Shown here piece by piece: positions 28,474 through 38,800 of a stretch of DNA of 64,000 nt. The stretch is from an uncultured Pelagibacteraceae bacterium (GTDB lineage: Bacteria > Pseudomonadota > Alphaproteobacteria > Pelagibacterales > Pelagibacteraceae), in the NCBI GenBank assembly GCA_902537895.1, contig CACBCU010000001.1, positions 55,087 through 119,086 of the forward strand, given 5' to 3'. The notes beneath the pieces were generated by a model. It saw only the letters and a list, made by a program, of their open reading frames with translations, was not told the origin of the DNA and ran no database searches. How positions within the stretch are numbered: position 1 is the stretch's first letter; every line of letters starts with the position of its first letter. Made by a program: the position numbers and the translations under genes.

Positions 28474-30085
28474 TATTATCCCTTAAAATATATTTTGATG
28501 CAGTTATAATGAAGAATGACGCAATTAAAATTAAAAATAATGATGGGACAGCTGCTGCCTCTAAAAGGTCCTCCGAGGCTGAGATATAGGCCGTAGTTGC
28601 AAAAGTTTCAAAGTTAAACGGTCTAAGTATCAAAGCTATCGGTAATTCTCTAATTATCTCAAGGGCAACCAAGACACCAACAAACAAAAGTGAATTTCTT
28701 AGAATTGGAACATGAATATTAAGAAATGTTTTTTTTTTCGAATAACCTAATAGATAGGCACTTTCATCTACATAAATATTTATTTTTTCATAACCTGATT
28801 TAATTCCATTAAAAGCTAAGGAATAAAATCTCACAAAATAAACCAATACCAAACCTAAAATTGAACCTATAAATATCTTTTTAATGGATGTTAAGCCTAA
28901 TGCTTTAATCATACTTTCATCTAACCATGCAATAAAAGTTATAAAAGCTACTGCAAGAATTACACCTGGTATTGCGTAGCCTGAAATTGATAAAGTTGAC
29001 AAGATATTCAAAAATTTATTTTTTAAAACTCTATTGCCATAGTTGGAAATTAAAGAAAAAATAATTAATACAATGCTAGAAATAATTACCAGATATAAAG
29101 TATTTAATAAAAGATTGAGAACATTTAAATCAAATAAATTTTCTGGAAATTTAATTGTCCAATACAACATTTGGCTTAATGGAAATAAAAAACTTATGAA
29201 AAAAATAAAAAAACAATAAATAAAAGCTAAAAATGCTCTTTTTTTAGTCAATTTAATTTTATCCTTTTGTTTAAACCCACCCCTTGAATTGAAATGATAT
29301 TTTGCCTTATTTCGAGACAAGTTTTCTAAAATAAATAATGCAAAAATAAACAATAGAAGAAAAAAAGATAATCGATTGGCAAAAGCTAAATCATCGAAAG
29401 CAATCCATGAATTATAAATTCCTGTAGTTAACGTATTTATTGAGAAGAAATCAACAGCACCAAATTCAGCTAATGTTTCCATTGCAACAAGTGAAAGTCC
29501 AGCAACAATTGCTGGTCGTGCTGCAGGTAAAATTACTCTATAAAAACATTGAAAATTTGTAAATCCTAAGTTCTTTCCAAGATCAATTAGACTTTGTGAT
29601 TGGTATAAAAATGATGCTCTAGTCAGTATGTAAACATAACCAAATAACGAAACAGAAATAGAGAGTATACTACCTAACATACCATCGAATTTAGGGATAT
29701 GCTGGTTATAGTTAGCCTCTCCAAATACATTCTTTAAAATTGTATATGCTGTTCCGTAATTTTCAAAAAAAGCTGTCAAAGAATATGCATAAATATAGGG
29801 TGGCACTGCAAAAGATAAAATTAGTGCCCACTTAAAAAAATTACTTAACGGGAAATCATAGAAAGAGACTAAGTATGCTGTACTAGTTCCAATTAAAAAA
29901 GTAAGTATTAAGACACTAACTAATAGGACAAGAGAGTTATAAGTATATTCAAATAAAAAAGTTTCTTTTAAGATGTCAAAATAATTTGTTGTTTGCTCAA
30001 AAAAACTTGAGAATACTGTTAGTATTGGAATTATAACTATTAATGAAATTAAAAAAGAAGATATATACCAAAAGTTAATTCTCAT
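28466..30085 (-). CDS. Fe(III) ABC transporter permease (FbpB-like)
   Basis: Duplicated permease; LPAARPAIVAGLSLVAMETLAEFG, GYAIPG, ELPIALILRPFNFET. Confidence 0.9.
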   Translation of the reverse strand: MRINFWYISSFLISLIVIIPILTVFSSFFEQTTNYFDILKETFLFEYTYNSLVLLVSVLILTFLIGTSTAYLVSFYDFPLSNFFKWALILSFAVPPYIYAYSLTAFFENYGTAYTILKNVFGEANYNQHIPKFDGMLGSILSISVSLFGYVYILTRASFLYQSQSLIDLGKNLGFTNFQCFYRVILPAARPAIVAGLSLVAMETLAEFGAVDFFSINTLTTGIYNSWIAFDDLAFANRLSFFLLLFIFALFILENLSRNKAKYHFNSRGGFKQKDKIKLTKKRAFLAFIYCFFIFFISFLFPLSQMLYWTIKFPENLFDLNVLNLLLNTLYLVIISSIVLIIFSLISNYGNRVLKNKFLNILSTLSISGYAIPGVILAVAFITFIAWLDESMIKALGLTSIKKIFIGSILGLVLVYFVRFYSLAFNGIKSGYEKINIYVDESAYLLGYSKKKTFLNIHVPILRNSLLFVGVLVALEIIRELPIALILRPFNFETFATTAYISASEDLLEAAAVPSLFLILIASFFIITASKYILRDNNE

Positions 30086-30121
30086 AATTTATAATCCGCC
30101 TTATAAACATGAAAAGTATTA

Positions 30122-30167
30122 TGCCCACAATAAAAGAAAGGAGACAACTTTCTAATAATTGTGGGCA
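30122..30167 (-). terminator. Intercistronic stem-loop upstream of the iron permease
   Basis: TGCCCACAAT..AGAAAG-GAGACAA-CTTTCT..ATTGTGGGCA; outer AAAAGTATT/AATACTTTT can extend it. Confidence 0.65.
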
Positions 30168-30177
30168 CCCAGAAAAA

Positions 30178-30348
30178 TCAAAAATCAAATACTTTTAGGA
30201 TATGCGGAACCTCCTTAGCATCAATATCTGATAATTTTCTGTTATTTATTCTCTTATTGACTTTTTCACACTCTAAATTACATGGGGAACATGCTTTAGA
30301 AGACTTATTATAATCAATATTAGATATAAATTTTTTATCCTCTTCCAT
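30178..30348 (-). CDS. 56-aa Cys-motif microprotein (not in ORF track)
   Basis: ATG 4 nt after the Fe-SBP stop; MEEDKKFISNIDYNKSSKACSPCNLECEKVNKRINNRKLSDIDAKEVPHILKVFDF*. Confidence 0.65.
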   Translation of the reverse strand: MEEDKKFISNIDYNKSSKACSPCNLECEKVNKRINNRKLSDIDAKEVPHILKVFDF

Positions 30349-30352
30349 TGTA

Positions 30353-31381
30353 TTACTTCCAACCAGCAGCTGTCATTACTTCTACTGCAGCAGCTTGATT
30401 TTTTCCATAAGAAGCTAGTTTAGTTTTCATATCTTGTTTGAAATCTAATCCTAGATTATTTACTACTAATGGACTTGGTGATACACCGTCAATCATTGGA
30501 AACTCAAAAGTATTATTTGTAAAATGCTCTTGAGAATCTGGAGTTAATAAAAACTCGACAAGCTTAACAGCATTTGCTTTATTAGGCGCACCTTTTACTA
30601 AAGCAGCACAACTAACATTCATATGTGTTCCTCTATCATTTTGATTAGGGAAAAAAGCTTTAACTTTTTTAGCTGCCTCTTGTTGCTCTGCACCTTTTTT
30701 ACCAGATAACATAAGAGCTAAATAATAAGTGTTAGCTACAGCAATATCTGCTTCACCAGCTGCTACTGCCATAATTTGAGCTCTATCATTTCCTTTAGGA
30801 GTTCTTGCCATGTTAGAAACAACACCCTCAGCCCATTTCGCTGTTGCAGCTTTCCCATTGTTTTTAATCAATGATGCTACAAGAGACTTATTATAAATAT
30901 TACTGGATTTTCTAATTACTAATCTACCTTTCCATTTTGGATCAGCTAAACCTTCATATGTCATTCCAGACAATTCAGCACCTGTAACTCTTTCAGGTGA
31001 ATAATAAATTATTCTAGCTCTTTTTGCGATTCCAACCCACTTGTTTGTTCTAAAGCTTTTTGGAACAGCTGATTTAATCGCTGCAGATGTTAAACCGCCT
31101 TGAAGCGCACCTTTTGCATCCATTGCACCACATCTTCCAGCATCTGCTGTGATATAAAGGTCTGCAGAAGAGTCGGCACCTTCTTCAAGAATTCTTTTTT
31201 CTAAGGCACCTGATTTTCCATTGATGAGATTAACTTTAATCCCAGTTTTGTTTGTAAATTTGGCATATAATTCTCCATCAGCCTTATAATGCCTAGCATT
31301 AAAAATATTAACTTCATCTGCAATTGCAAAAACAGATGCGAATAAAGATGTAATTAATGCTAAAATTGTTATTTTTCTCAT
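30353..31381 (-). CDS. Fe(III) ABC transporter substrate-binding protein (FbpA/FutA/Sfu-type)
   Basis: Signal peptide; ARHY, ADLYITADAG, GNDRAQI, ANTYYL iron-ligand tyrosines; RBS GGAG. Confidence 0.92.
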   Translation of the reverse strand: MRKITILALITSLFASVFAIADEVNIFNARHYKADGELYAKFTNKTGIKVNLINGKSGALEKRILEEGADSSADLYITADAGRCGAMDAKGALQGGLTSAAIKSAVPKSFRTNKWVGIAKRARIIYYSPERVTGAELSGMTYEGLADPKWKGRLVIRKSSNIYNKSLVASLIKNNGKAATAKWAEGVVSNMARTPKGNDRAQIMAVAAGEADIAVANTYYLALMLSGKKGAEQQEAAKKVKAFFPNQNDRGTHMNVSCAALVKGAPNKANAVKLVEFLLTPDSQEHFTNNTFEFPMIDGVSPSPLVVNNLGLDFKQDMKTKLASYGKNQAAAVEVMTAAGWK

Positions 31382-31413
31382 TTATCTCCGTTCTTCCGCA
31401 TAATTTATATGAG

Positions 31414-31448
31414 AATGAGAACTATTCTCATTGATAATGATTATCAAT
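31414..31448. promoter_or_regulatory. Two overlapping Fur-like 9-1-9 boxes upstream of the iron ABC operon
   Basis: AATGAGAACTATTCTCATT (31414-31432) and ATTGATAATGATTATCAAT (31430-31448), both palindromic and Fur-box-like. Confidence 0.8.
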
Positions 31449-31469
31449 CTCAATAGTGTCGCAGGTAAA

Positions 31470-32360
31470 TTATGACTCCCAATCGCCTATTTTGCTGAAT
31501 AAAAAGTTACGGAAAGCCTGTACTCTAGCTGTATTTTTAAGTGATTGAGGATATACAAAATGGGCTTCAGTAATTGGACCCTCAGATTTGGGTAATACTT
31601 TAATAACTTTATTTGACTCGTTTACCAAATACTCTGGTAAAGCTGCTAATCCTACGCCAGTCTCAACTGCGAGTAATAAACCCATTACGCTGTTTACTTT
31701 CATAATTGGTTTTCTTTTTTTTCCATCTGGCATTCCTAATTTTAATGCCCAATCAGGATTATATACTGGTGAAGGTGCTCCCTTTCCAAAAGATATAAAT
31801 TTATGTTTATTTAAATCACTGATTGATTTGGGCATACCATTTTTTTCTAAATACCTGTTAGACCCATAAATATAGTACTTAAGATCAACTAATTTCTTTT
31901 GAATGTAATTTAATTGTTTGGGCCTTCTCATAAAAATGCCAATATCAGCCTGTCTGGTGCTTAAATCTAACTCTTTGTCCTCAAAAATTAATTCTATTTC
32001 AATTTCTGGATTCAATCTCATAAATTCTTGGATTCTCGGTGTCAACCAATGAGTACCAAAACTTCTTACTGTTGTAATGGTTAACTTTCCAGTTGGCTTA
32101 TTTTTTTGATCACCTAAAGTAGTTTCAACCTCTTTTAATTTACTTATAACTTCATGAGCAGTTTTAAATACATACTCTCCATTTTCTGTTAAAGTAAGTC
32201 CTCTGGCATGTCTTTCGAACAATTGAACTTTTAGGTCTTGTTCTAATGATTGTATTTGACGACTAATCGCTGATTGACTTAAATTTAAATTAACTGTTGC
32301 GTTTGTAAAGCTGCCTGCCTCAGCAACTGCATGAAATATTTTTAATTTATCCCAGTCCAT
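31470..32360 (-). CDS. LysR family regulator (VtlR/LsrB-like)
   Basis: MDWDKLKIFHAVAEAGSFT..LSQSAISRQI..LFERHARGL, the N-terminus typical of this conserved alphaproteobacterial LysR group. Confidence 0.88.
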   Translation of the reverse strand: MDWDKLKIFHAVAEAGSFTNATVNLNLSQSAISRQIQSLEQDLKVQLFERHARGLTLTENGEYVFKTAHEVISKLKEVETTLGDQKNKPTGKLTITTVRSFGTHWLTPRIQEFMRLNPEIEIELIFEDKELDLSTRQADIGIFMRRPKQLNYIQKKLVDLKYYIYGSNRYLEKNGMPKSISDLNKHKFISFGKGAPSPVYNPDWALKLGMPDGKKRKPIMKVNSVMGLLLAVETGVGLAALPEYLVNESNKVIKVLPKSEGPITEAHFVYPQSLKNTARVQAFRNFLFSKIGDWES

Positions 32361-33364
32361 TATTTATCTAAATTTATTAAATACCTTCCAGAGGTTTCTC
32401 CTTTTAACATTTTTGGAAAAATATTTATTACTTCATCTAAATTTATTTCTTTAATTGATTTTTCAATAAGATTAAAATCAATCAATTTACCAGCTTCATT
32501 CCATAAAAATTGTCTTCTTTTAATTGAGGCTGTAACTGAATTAATACCCCACAACTTAACCCCTCTAATAATAAAAGGCATAACAGTCGTATTTAGTTTT
32601 ATATCAGCTGCATTACCACATGCAGAAACAATTCCACCATCTTTGGTCTGAGCTAGTATGTTCTCTAAAACTTTACCTCCTACTGTATCTACCGCTCCAT
32701 CCCAAAGACCTTTGTCCAATGGTCTTGCATCTTTTGTCATTTCACTAGTATTTACAACACTTTTAGCACCTAAAGATTTCAAATAATCCTCATTACTTTT
32801 TTTTCCTGTTACAGCTGTAACATTACAACCTAGCTTACTTAACATCATCACAGCCATGCTCCCCACGCCACCTGAAGCGCCACTCACTATTACATTTTCA
32901 ACTTTCTCTCCTAATAAAAGTTCCTCTCTTGTAGCTTTAGCTGTGAAGGAACACATTAAAGCTGTCAAACCTGCAGTTCCTAAAATCATTGATTGTCTTA
33001 AATCTAAATTTTTTGGTTTTTTAACTAGAAAATCCCCATTCACTTTTGCATGTTGAGAATATCCACCATAGTAAATTTCACCTACTCTCCATCCAGTTAA
33101 AATAACCTCATCACCTGGATTAAAATTTTTATGATTACTCTCCTCAACAGTGCCTGAAAAGTCAATGCCTGGAATATGTGGAAATTCTTTTACTAACCTT
33201 GCTCCATTTCTTAAAATCAAAGCATCCTTATAATTCAAACCTGAGTATGCTACTCTAACAGACACATCTCCATGTTTTAAAAAGCTTTTATTTATTGATT
33301 TTACTTCTCGAGAAAATTCCTCATCTTTTTGATTAAGAATTAATGCTTTAAATTGATCAGACAC
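32360..33364 (-). CDS. acuI: YhdH/AcuI acryloyl-CoA reductase family
   Basis: SGLNYKDAL, PGIDFSG, GTAGLTA, GASGGVG, TVMPFIIRGV. Confidence 0.85.
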   Translation of the reverse strand: MSDQFKALILNQKDEEFSREVKSINKSFLKHGDVSVRVAYSGLNYKDALILRNGARLVKEFPHIPGIDFSGTVEESNHKNFNPGDEVILTGWRVGEIYYGGYSQHAKVNGDFLVKKPKNLDLRQSMILGTAGLTALMCSFTAKATREELLLGEKVENVIVSGASGGVGSMAVMMLSKLGCNVTAVTGKKSNEDYLKSLGAKSVVNTSEMTKDARPLDKGLWDGAVDTVGGKVLENILAQTKDGGIVSACGNAADIKLNTTVMPFIIRGVKLWGINSVTASIKRRQFLWNEAGKLIDFNLIEKSIKEINLDEVINIFPKMLKGETSGRYLINLDK

Positions 33365-33365
33365 T

Positions 33366-33980
33366 TTACTCTTTTTGGGTACTTATAAATCTTAAGTATC
33401 TGTTTTGATAACTTAAGTCTTCTTTAAATTGACCTAAATAATAATTGGTTACTGTTGAAGCTTGCTCTTTTTTTATACCCCTCATAGTCATACACTGATG
33501 AGTTGAATCGATAGTAACTGCTACACCTTTTGCATCTAAAGATTTCATGAGTGTATTCGCAATCTGCATAGTTAATCTTTCTTGTGTTTGCAATCTTTTA
33601 GAAAAAACTTCTACGACTCTTGCTAATTTACTTAGTCCTACCACTCTGTCTCTTGGAATATAAGCTACATGAGCTTTTCCAATTATTGGTGCCATATGAT
33701 GCTCGCAATGACTTTGAACTGATATATTTTTTTGAACAACCATATCATCATAGCCTTCGACGTCTCCAAAAGTTTTGTCCAATACTAAATTTGGATCCTC
33801 TTTATATCCTTTGAAATATTCCTTAAAAGCTTTAACAACTCTTTTAGGTGTTTCTAATAAACCTTCTCTTCGAGGGTCCTCACCTATCCATTGTAAAATT
33901 GTTTTGAAAGCTTCTTCAGCGTCCTTATCGGATACAATTTTAGTTTTTTGTTCTTCGTTGTTATTTTTAACAAGTTTCAT
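33366..33980 (-). CDS. folE: GTP cyclohydrolase I
   Basis: REGLLETPKRV, SHCEHHM, GLSKLAR, HQCMTMRG. Confidence 0.96.
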   Translation of the reverse strand: MKLVKNNNEEQKTKIVSDKDAEEAFKTILQWIGEDPRREGLLETPKRVVKAFKEYFKGYKEDPNLVLDKTFGDVEGYDDMVVQKNISVQSHCEHHMAPIIGKAHVAYIPRDRVVGLSKLARVVEVFSKRLQTQERLTMQIANTLMKSLDAKGVAVTIDSTHQCMTMRGIKKEQASTVTNYYLGQFKEDLSYQNRYLRFISTQKE

Positions 33981-34056
33981 AGCCAGTTTTATACCTATAA
34001 ATATATATTTTTAAAATATTTAATATATCTAGATATATGCTACATAATTACCTTAT

Positions 34057-34524
34057 ATGTTCAAAAAAAGAGAAAATGTCCTTGAAATTGAAGAGGGTAA
34101 TCTTCTTTCTCCAAAATTTGATAATGATGGTTTAATTCCTGTAATTACAATGTGTGATAAAACTAAGGATATTCTTATGCATGGTTATATGAATGTAGAA
34201 GCTTTAAAACAAACTATTGAAACTAAAGAAGCTCATTATTTTAGTAGATCAAGAAAAGCTATTTGGCACAAAGGTAAAACTAGTGGATTTGTTCAAAAAG
34301 TAAAAGAAATTCGCATTGATGATGATCAAGACTCTATTTGGTTAACTGTTGATATTGGTGAGGGAGCAAGCTGTCATGTTGGATATAGATCTTGTTTTTA
34401 TAGATCTATACCTTTAGGAATAATTCACAATGGAAGAGAAGTTAAAATGAAATTTTTAGAAAAAGAAAAAAAATTTGACCCTGAAGACGTATATAAAGGA
34501 CAACCTAATCCAACAAAAATTTAA
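34057..34524 (+). CDS. hisI: Phosphoribosyl-AMP cyclohydrolase
   Basis: GLIPVI, YFSRSR..WHKGKTSG, DDDQD, SCHVGYRSCF. Confidence 0.93.
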   Translation: MFKKRENVLEIEEGNLLSPKFDNDGLIPVITMCDKTKDILMHGYMNVEALKQTIETKEAHYFSRSRKAIWHKGKTSGFVQKVKEIRIDDDQDSIWLTVDIGEGASCHVGYRSCFYRSIPLGIIHNGREVKMKFLEKEKKFDPEDVYKGQPNPTKI

Positions 34525-34527
34525 TGA

Positions 34528-35169
34528 ATGGATAATAATATTCAAATTCAAATCGCTAAGCCTTTTGGACCATCTATAGCTAAAGCGAATATTCCAGATG
34601 AAATGATCCAAAAATTAAATGATTATGTTGATAATATAATAAAAGATAAAAAAAAATCTATTGCTCAAAATCATGGAACCAAATTGGCCGGTCAAGTTAC
34701 TCAAGAATTTATATTAGATAGACCATTTTGTGAGACCTCTGGTTGGATGGAATTTTTAGGTAAATGTGTATCAACTTGGGTAGAGAAAAGTAGTGGTGTT
34801 CCTGTCAAAAATTTTTCCTTAAGACATTCTTGGGTCGTTAGACAGTTTAAAAATGAATATAATCCGACCCATTGGCATTCTGGCCATATTTCTGGTGTAG
34901 GTTATTTAAAGGTACCTGAGAATTTTGGTAGCTCACCCCAATCAAATAAAAAATCAAATCCAAATGGCAGATTGGAATTAATTCATGGTTCAAGGCAGTT
35001 TTTATGTAATTCTCTTTTTAAAGTTAAACCTAAAGTTGGTGAATTTTACTTTTTTCCTAATTACTTAATGCATACAGTTTACCCTTTTAAAGACTCAGAT
35101 GAAGAAAGAAGGTCTGTCTCATTCAATGCTGACATAGATGAAGATATTTATAATGTTTATGGAAAATAG
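34528..35169 (+). CDS. Putative 2OG-Fe(II) oxygenase (HxH type)
   Basis: SWVVRQ..YNPTHWHSG, FFPNYLMHTVYPF, ERRSVSFN. Confidence 0.8.
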   Translation: MDNNIQIQIAKPFGPSIAKANIPDEMIQKLNDYVDNIIKDKKKSIAQNHGTKLAGQVTQEFILDRPFCETSGWMEFLGKCVSTWVEKSSGVPVKNFSLRHSWVVRQFKNEYNPTHWHSGHISGVGYLKVPENFGSSPQSNKKSNPNGRLELIHGSRQFLCNSLFKVKPKVGEFYFFPNYLMHTVYPFKDSDEERRSVSFNADIDEDIYNVYGK

Positions 35170-35199
35170 TAAGATATTTTTTTTAATAGCTAGATAATT

Positions 35200-35832
35200 A
35201 TGAATTATGACTATGGATTAATTAGAATTTTTGGTCCCTCAATTTTCAAGGTTAAAATTCCAGAAAATCTTTTAAATCACCTTAACAAGTTTATTGACAA
35301 TACTATAGAAGACAAAGAACAATCAAAAAATCTTGATGTCGGTAAGGGCCTTGTTGGAGACGTTAAACAAGAATTTAGATTAGACAAAAAGACTGTTGAA
35401 GAAAGTGGGTGGTTAAAATTTCTAGGAGACTCTGTCGCACAGTGGATTTATAAAGATACGGGGAAAAAAATCTCTGAATTTAAATTAATTGAAACCTGGG
35501 TTGTTAGACAATTTGAAAATGAATATAATCCAGTACATTGGCATTCAGGTCATATATCAGGTGCGGGTTTTTTAAAATTACCAGAAACTTTTGGTAAACA
35601 TTATCAAGACAATAAAAAAGATTATAGAGGTGGAAACTTAGAGTTAATTCATGGAAATAGAATGTTTTTATCTCAATGCAGGTTTCCTATAGAACCAAAG
35701 GTTGGAGATTTTTACTTTTTTCCACATTATTTGATGCACACTGTTTATCCTTTTAAAGGAACAAAAGAGGAAAGACGCTCAATTTCGTTCAATGGACTTA
35801 TAGACAATAAAATTTTTAATATATTTGGATAA
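35200..35832 (+). CDS. Putative 2OG-Fe(II) oxygenase (tandem paralog)
   Basis: TWVVRQ..YNPVHWHSG, FFPHYLMHTVYPF, ERRSISFN. Confidence 0.8.
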   Translation: MNYDYGLIRIFGPSIFKVKIPENLLNHLNKFIDNTIEDKEQSKNLDVGKGLVGDVKQEFRLDKKTVEESGWLKFLGDSVAQWIYKDTGKKISEFKLIETWVVRQFENEYNPVHWHSGHISGAGFLKLPETFGKHYQDNKKDYRGGNLELIHGNRMFLSQCRFPIEPKVGDFYFFPHYLMHTVYPFKGTKEERRSISFNGLIDNKIFNIFG

Positions 35833-36202
35833 ATTTATGCAAAAAAATGTTTTCGGTGAAAATTTAGAAAGTTGTTCATTGGATCCGCTTACCGGATGGT
35901 ACAGGGATGGCTGTTGTAACACTGATGAGAATGATAGAGGTTTGCACACCGTTTGCGCAAAAGTAACTACCGAATTTTTAGAATGGTGCAAGGAGGCTGG
36001 TAATGATTTAATTACGCCACATCCTGAATATGGTTTTCCTGGTTTAAAGGATGGAGATGGATGGTGTGTATGTGCTACCTGGTATGCAAGAGCTGTCGAA
36101 GCTGGTAAAGGCTGTCCAATTTATCTGAAGAGTACACATGAAAATACTCTAAAAATTTTACCTATCGAAACTCTAAAAAAATTTGCAATAGATTTGTCTT
36201 AA
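35825..36202 (+). CDS. DUF2237 family protein
   Basis: NVFGENLESCS.DPLTGWYRDGCC, GNDLITP, PGLK.GD.WCVCA; true start may be the ATG at 35837. Confidence 0.85.
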   Translation: MDKFMQKNVFGENLESCSLDPLTGWYRDGCCNTDENDRGLHTVCAKVTTEFLEWCKEAGNDLITPHPEYGFPGLKDGDGWCVCATWYARAVEAGKGCPIYLKSTHENTLKILPIETLKKFAIDLS

Positions 36203-36203
36203 A

Positions 36204-37823
36204 TTACATATTCCCGTATTTAGGACCACCCCCACCCTCAGGTGTTACCCAGGTGATATTTTGTGAAGGTTCTTTTATGTCACAAGTTTTACAATGAATA
36301 CAATTTTGAGAATTAATAACAAATCTGTTGGATCCATTCTCTTTTTGGACTTCATAAACACCTGCTGGACAATATCTCTGTGCAGGTTCATCGTACTCAT
36401 TTAATGTATAATTAATTGGTAATGATGGATCTTTAAGTTTTAAATGAACAGGTTGATTGTCTACATGGTTTGTACCAGTTAGATAAACTGAACTCGTTTT
36501 ATCAAAAGTAATAACGTTATCTGGCTTAGGATAATCAATTTTAGGCATTTTATTTGCTGGTTTTAATGTTTGATGGTCAGCATGTTTGTGTTTTAGTGTA
36601 AACGGCAATTTACCCCTAAACAAAATTTGATCAATTCCAGTAAAAATAATTCCCAAAATTAAGCCCCAACTAAAACTAGGTTTAACATTTCTTGCCTCAT
36701 ATAGTTCTTTGTATAACCAACTTTTTTTTAATTTCTCCTCAAAAATTGATAGCTCTTTATTATCTTTCAAATGGTCATTTATTGCTTCTGCTGCAATTAT
36801 TCCACTTTTCATTGCAGTATGCGATCCTTTTATCTTAGGCATGTTTAAAGTACCCGCATCACACCCAATCAATAATGCACCAGGCATAAACATTTTTGGC
36901 AAACTTTGGAAACCACCTTCTATCAAAGCTCTAGCACCATAAGAAATTCTTTTTCCACCCTCAATTATTTTTCTTATCGCAGGATGTGTTTTGAATCTTT
37001 GAAATTCATCAAATGGAGATAAGTGTGGATTTTGATAATCTAAACCAATTACATAACCTAAAAATATTTGTTTATTTTCTGCGTGATAGATAAAACTTCC
37101 TCCGTAAGTACTATTATCTAATGGCCATCCAGCGGTATGCATTACCAAACCTTCTTGGTGATTCTTTTCATCCACTTCCCATATCTCTTTAAACCCTATT
37201 CCATATTGTTGTGGGTCTTTATCTTTATCAAGTTCAAATCTTTTGATTAATTGTTTTCCTAAATGACCTCTGCAACCCTCTGCAAAAACAGTAATCTTTC
37301 CCAATAAATCGATACCAGGCTCAAAACTATCTTTTTTGTTTCCTTCTTTATCAATACCCATATCTTGAGTTGCTACACCTTTTACAGAACCATCTTCATT
37401 AAATAAAATTTCACTTGCCGGAAATCCTGGGAAAATTTCAACTCCAAGTTTTTCTGCTTGTTCTGCAAGCCATCTACATAAATTTGCTAGGCTAATAATA
37501 TAGTTTTTGTGATTTTGTTGAACAGCTGGTAACAACCATGTTGGCCAGCTTAAAGATTTATTTTTTCCTAAAAATAAAAATTTTTCTTTAGTAACTTTAG
37601 TTTTAATAGGTGAATTTAATTCTTTCCAGTTGGGGATCAGTTCATCTAGAGCTCTTGTCTCAAATACATTTCCACTTAAAATGTGAGCACCAATTTCAGA
37701 TGCTTTTTCTAATAAGCAAATATTTAATTCTGAGTTTAGTTGTTTTAATTTTATAGCCGTAGATAACCCAGATGGACCACCACCTACAATAACTACATCA
37801 TATTCCATTGTCTCTCTGGACAT
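36204..37823 (-). CDS. Electron transfer flavoprotein-ubiquinone oxidoreductase
   Basis: GGGPSG FAD motif, AEGCRGHL, PKIKGSHTAMKSG, YCPAGVYE..CIHCKTCDIK 4Fe-4S. Confidence 0.95.
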   Translation of the reverse strand: MSRETMEYDVVIVGGGPSGLSTAIKLKQLNSELNICLLEKASEIGAHILSGNVFETRALDELIPNWKELNSPIKTKVTKEKFLFLGKNKSLSWPTWLLPAVQQNHKNYIISLANLCRWLAEQAEKLGVEIFPGFPASEILFNEDGSVKGVATQDMGIDKEGNKKDSFEPGIDLLGKITVFAEGCRGHLGKQLIKRFELDKDKDPQQYGIGFKEIWEVDEKNHQEGLVMHTAGWPLDNSTYGGSFIYHAENKQIFLGYVIGLDYQNPHLSPFDEFQRFKTHPAIRKIIEGGKRISYGARALIEGGFQSLPKMFMPGALLIGCDAGTLNMPKIKGSHTAMKSGIIAAEAINDHLKDNKELSIFEEKLKKSWLYKELYEARNVKPSFSWGLILGIIFTGIDQILFRGKLPFTLKHKHADHQTLKPANKMPKIDYPKPDNVITFDKTSSVYLTGTNHVDNQPVHLKLKDPSLPINYTLNEYDEPAQRYCPAGVYEVQKENGSNRFVINSQNCIHCKTCDIKEPSQNITWVTPEGGGGPKYGNM

Positions 37824-37846
37824 AATTTAATTTTTTACAGATTATA

Positions 37847-38800
37847 TTATTTTTGTATAGTGTTTAATTTGTTCAATTCCTCTAAGAATTGTGGAACTGC
37901 CTCAAAAAGATCAGCTTCAAGTCCATAATCTGCGACGCTAAAAATTGGTGCTTCCCCATCTTTATTTATCGCTACAATTACTTTACTTTCTTTCATTCCA
38001 GCTAGGTGCTGGATTGCCCCAGAAATACCTACTGCAATATATAAATCTGGAACAACAACTTTACCTGTTTGACCAACTTGGTGGTCGTTACTTATATACC
38101 CAGCATCAACTGCTGCTCTAGATGCTCCTATTGCTGCATTTAATTTATCAGCTAGAGAGGTAATAAGTTTAAAATTATCTCCACTCTGCATTCCTCTTCC
38201 GCCTGATACAACAACTCTAGCGGTGCCAAGTTCTGGTCTATCCGATTTTACCTCTTCTCTTTTGACAAACTTTGTTTTTGAAAATTCCTCACTTGCCTCA
38301 GCTTTATCAATTGTTGCTGATCCACCAGAACTTTCACAAGGATCGAATGATGTGGGTCTTATAGTTATACATTTCTTTACATCTTTACTTTTTACTGTTG
38401 CAAAAGCATTTCCAGCATAAATTGGTCGCAAAAAAGTATCGGGAGCAATAACTTTAGTTATATCACTGATTTGGGATGTATCTAGAGCAGCAGCAATTCT
38501 TGGCATTAAATTTTTACCAAAAGTGTTTGCTGAACTTATTATGTGCGAATAGTTATCGGCTAATTTCACAATTACTGGTGCAAAATTTTCAGCAACAAAA
38601 TTCTCGTAGTAATCTGCTTCGACTTGGATAACTTTTTTAACAAATTCTAATTTTGATAATGCTTTTGCTGCTTCTTCACATTTATGTCCAATAATTACAG
38701 CATGAACATCATTGTCTATTTGTGATGCTGCAGTTGCTGCATTAAGTGTGAACGGCTTCAATTCTTTATTATTGTGTTCTGCAATTAATAATACTGACAT
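37847..38800 (-). CDS. etfA: ETF alpha subunit
   Basis: [42 protein letters not shown]. Confidence 0.96.
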   Translation of the reverse strand: MSVLLIAEHNNKELKPFTLNAATAASQIDNDVHAVIIGHKCEEAAKALSKLEFVKKVIQVEADYYENFVAENFAPVIVKLADNYSHIISSANTFGKNLMPRIAAALDTSQISDITKVIAPDTFLRPIYAGNAFATVKSKDVKKCITIRPTSFDPCESSGGSATIDKAEASEEFSKTKFVKREEVKSDRPELGTARVVVSGGRGMQSGDNFKLITSLADKLNAAIGASRAAVDAGYISNDHQVGQTGKVVVPDLYIAVGISGAIQHLAGMKESKVIVAINKDGEAPIFSVADYGLEADLFEAVPQFLEELNKLNTIQK

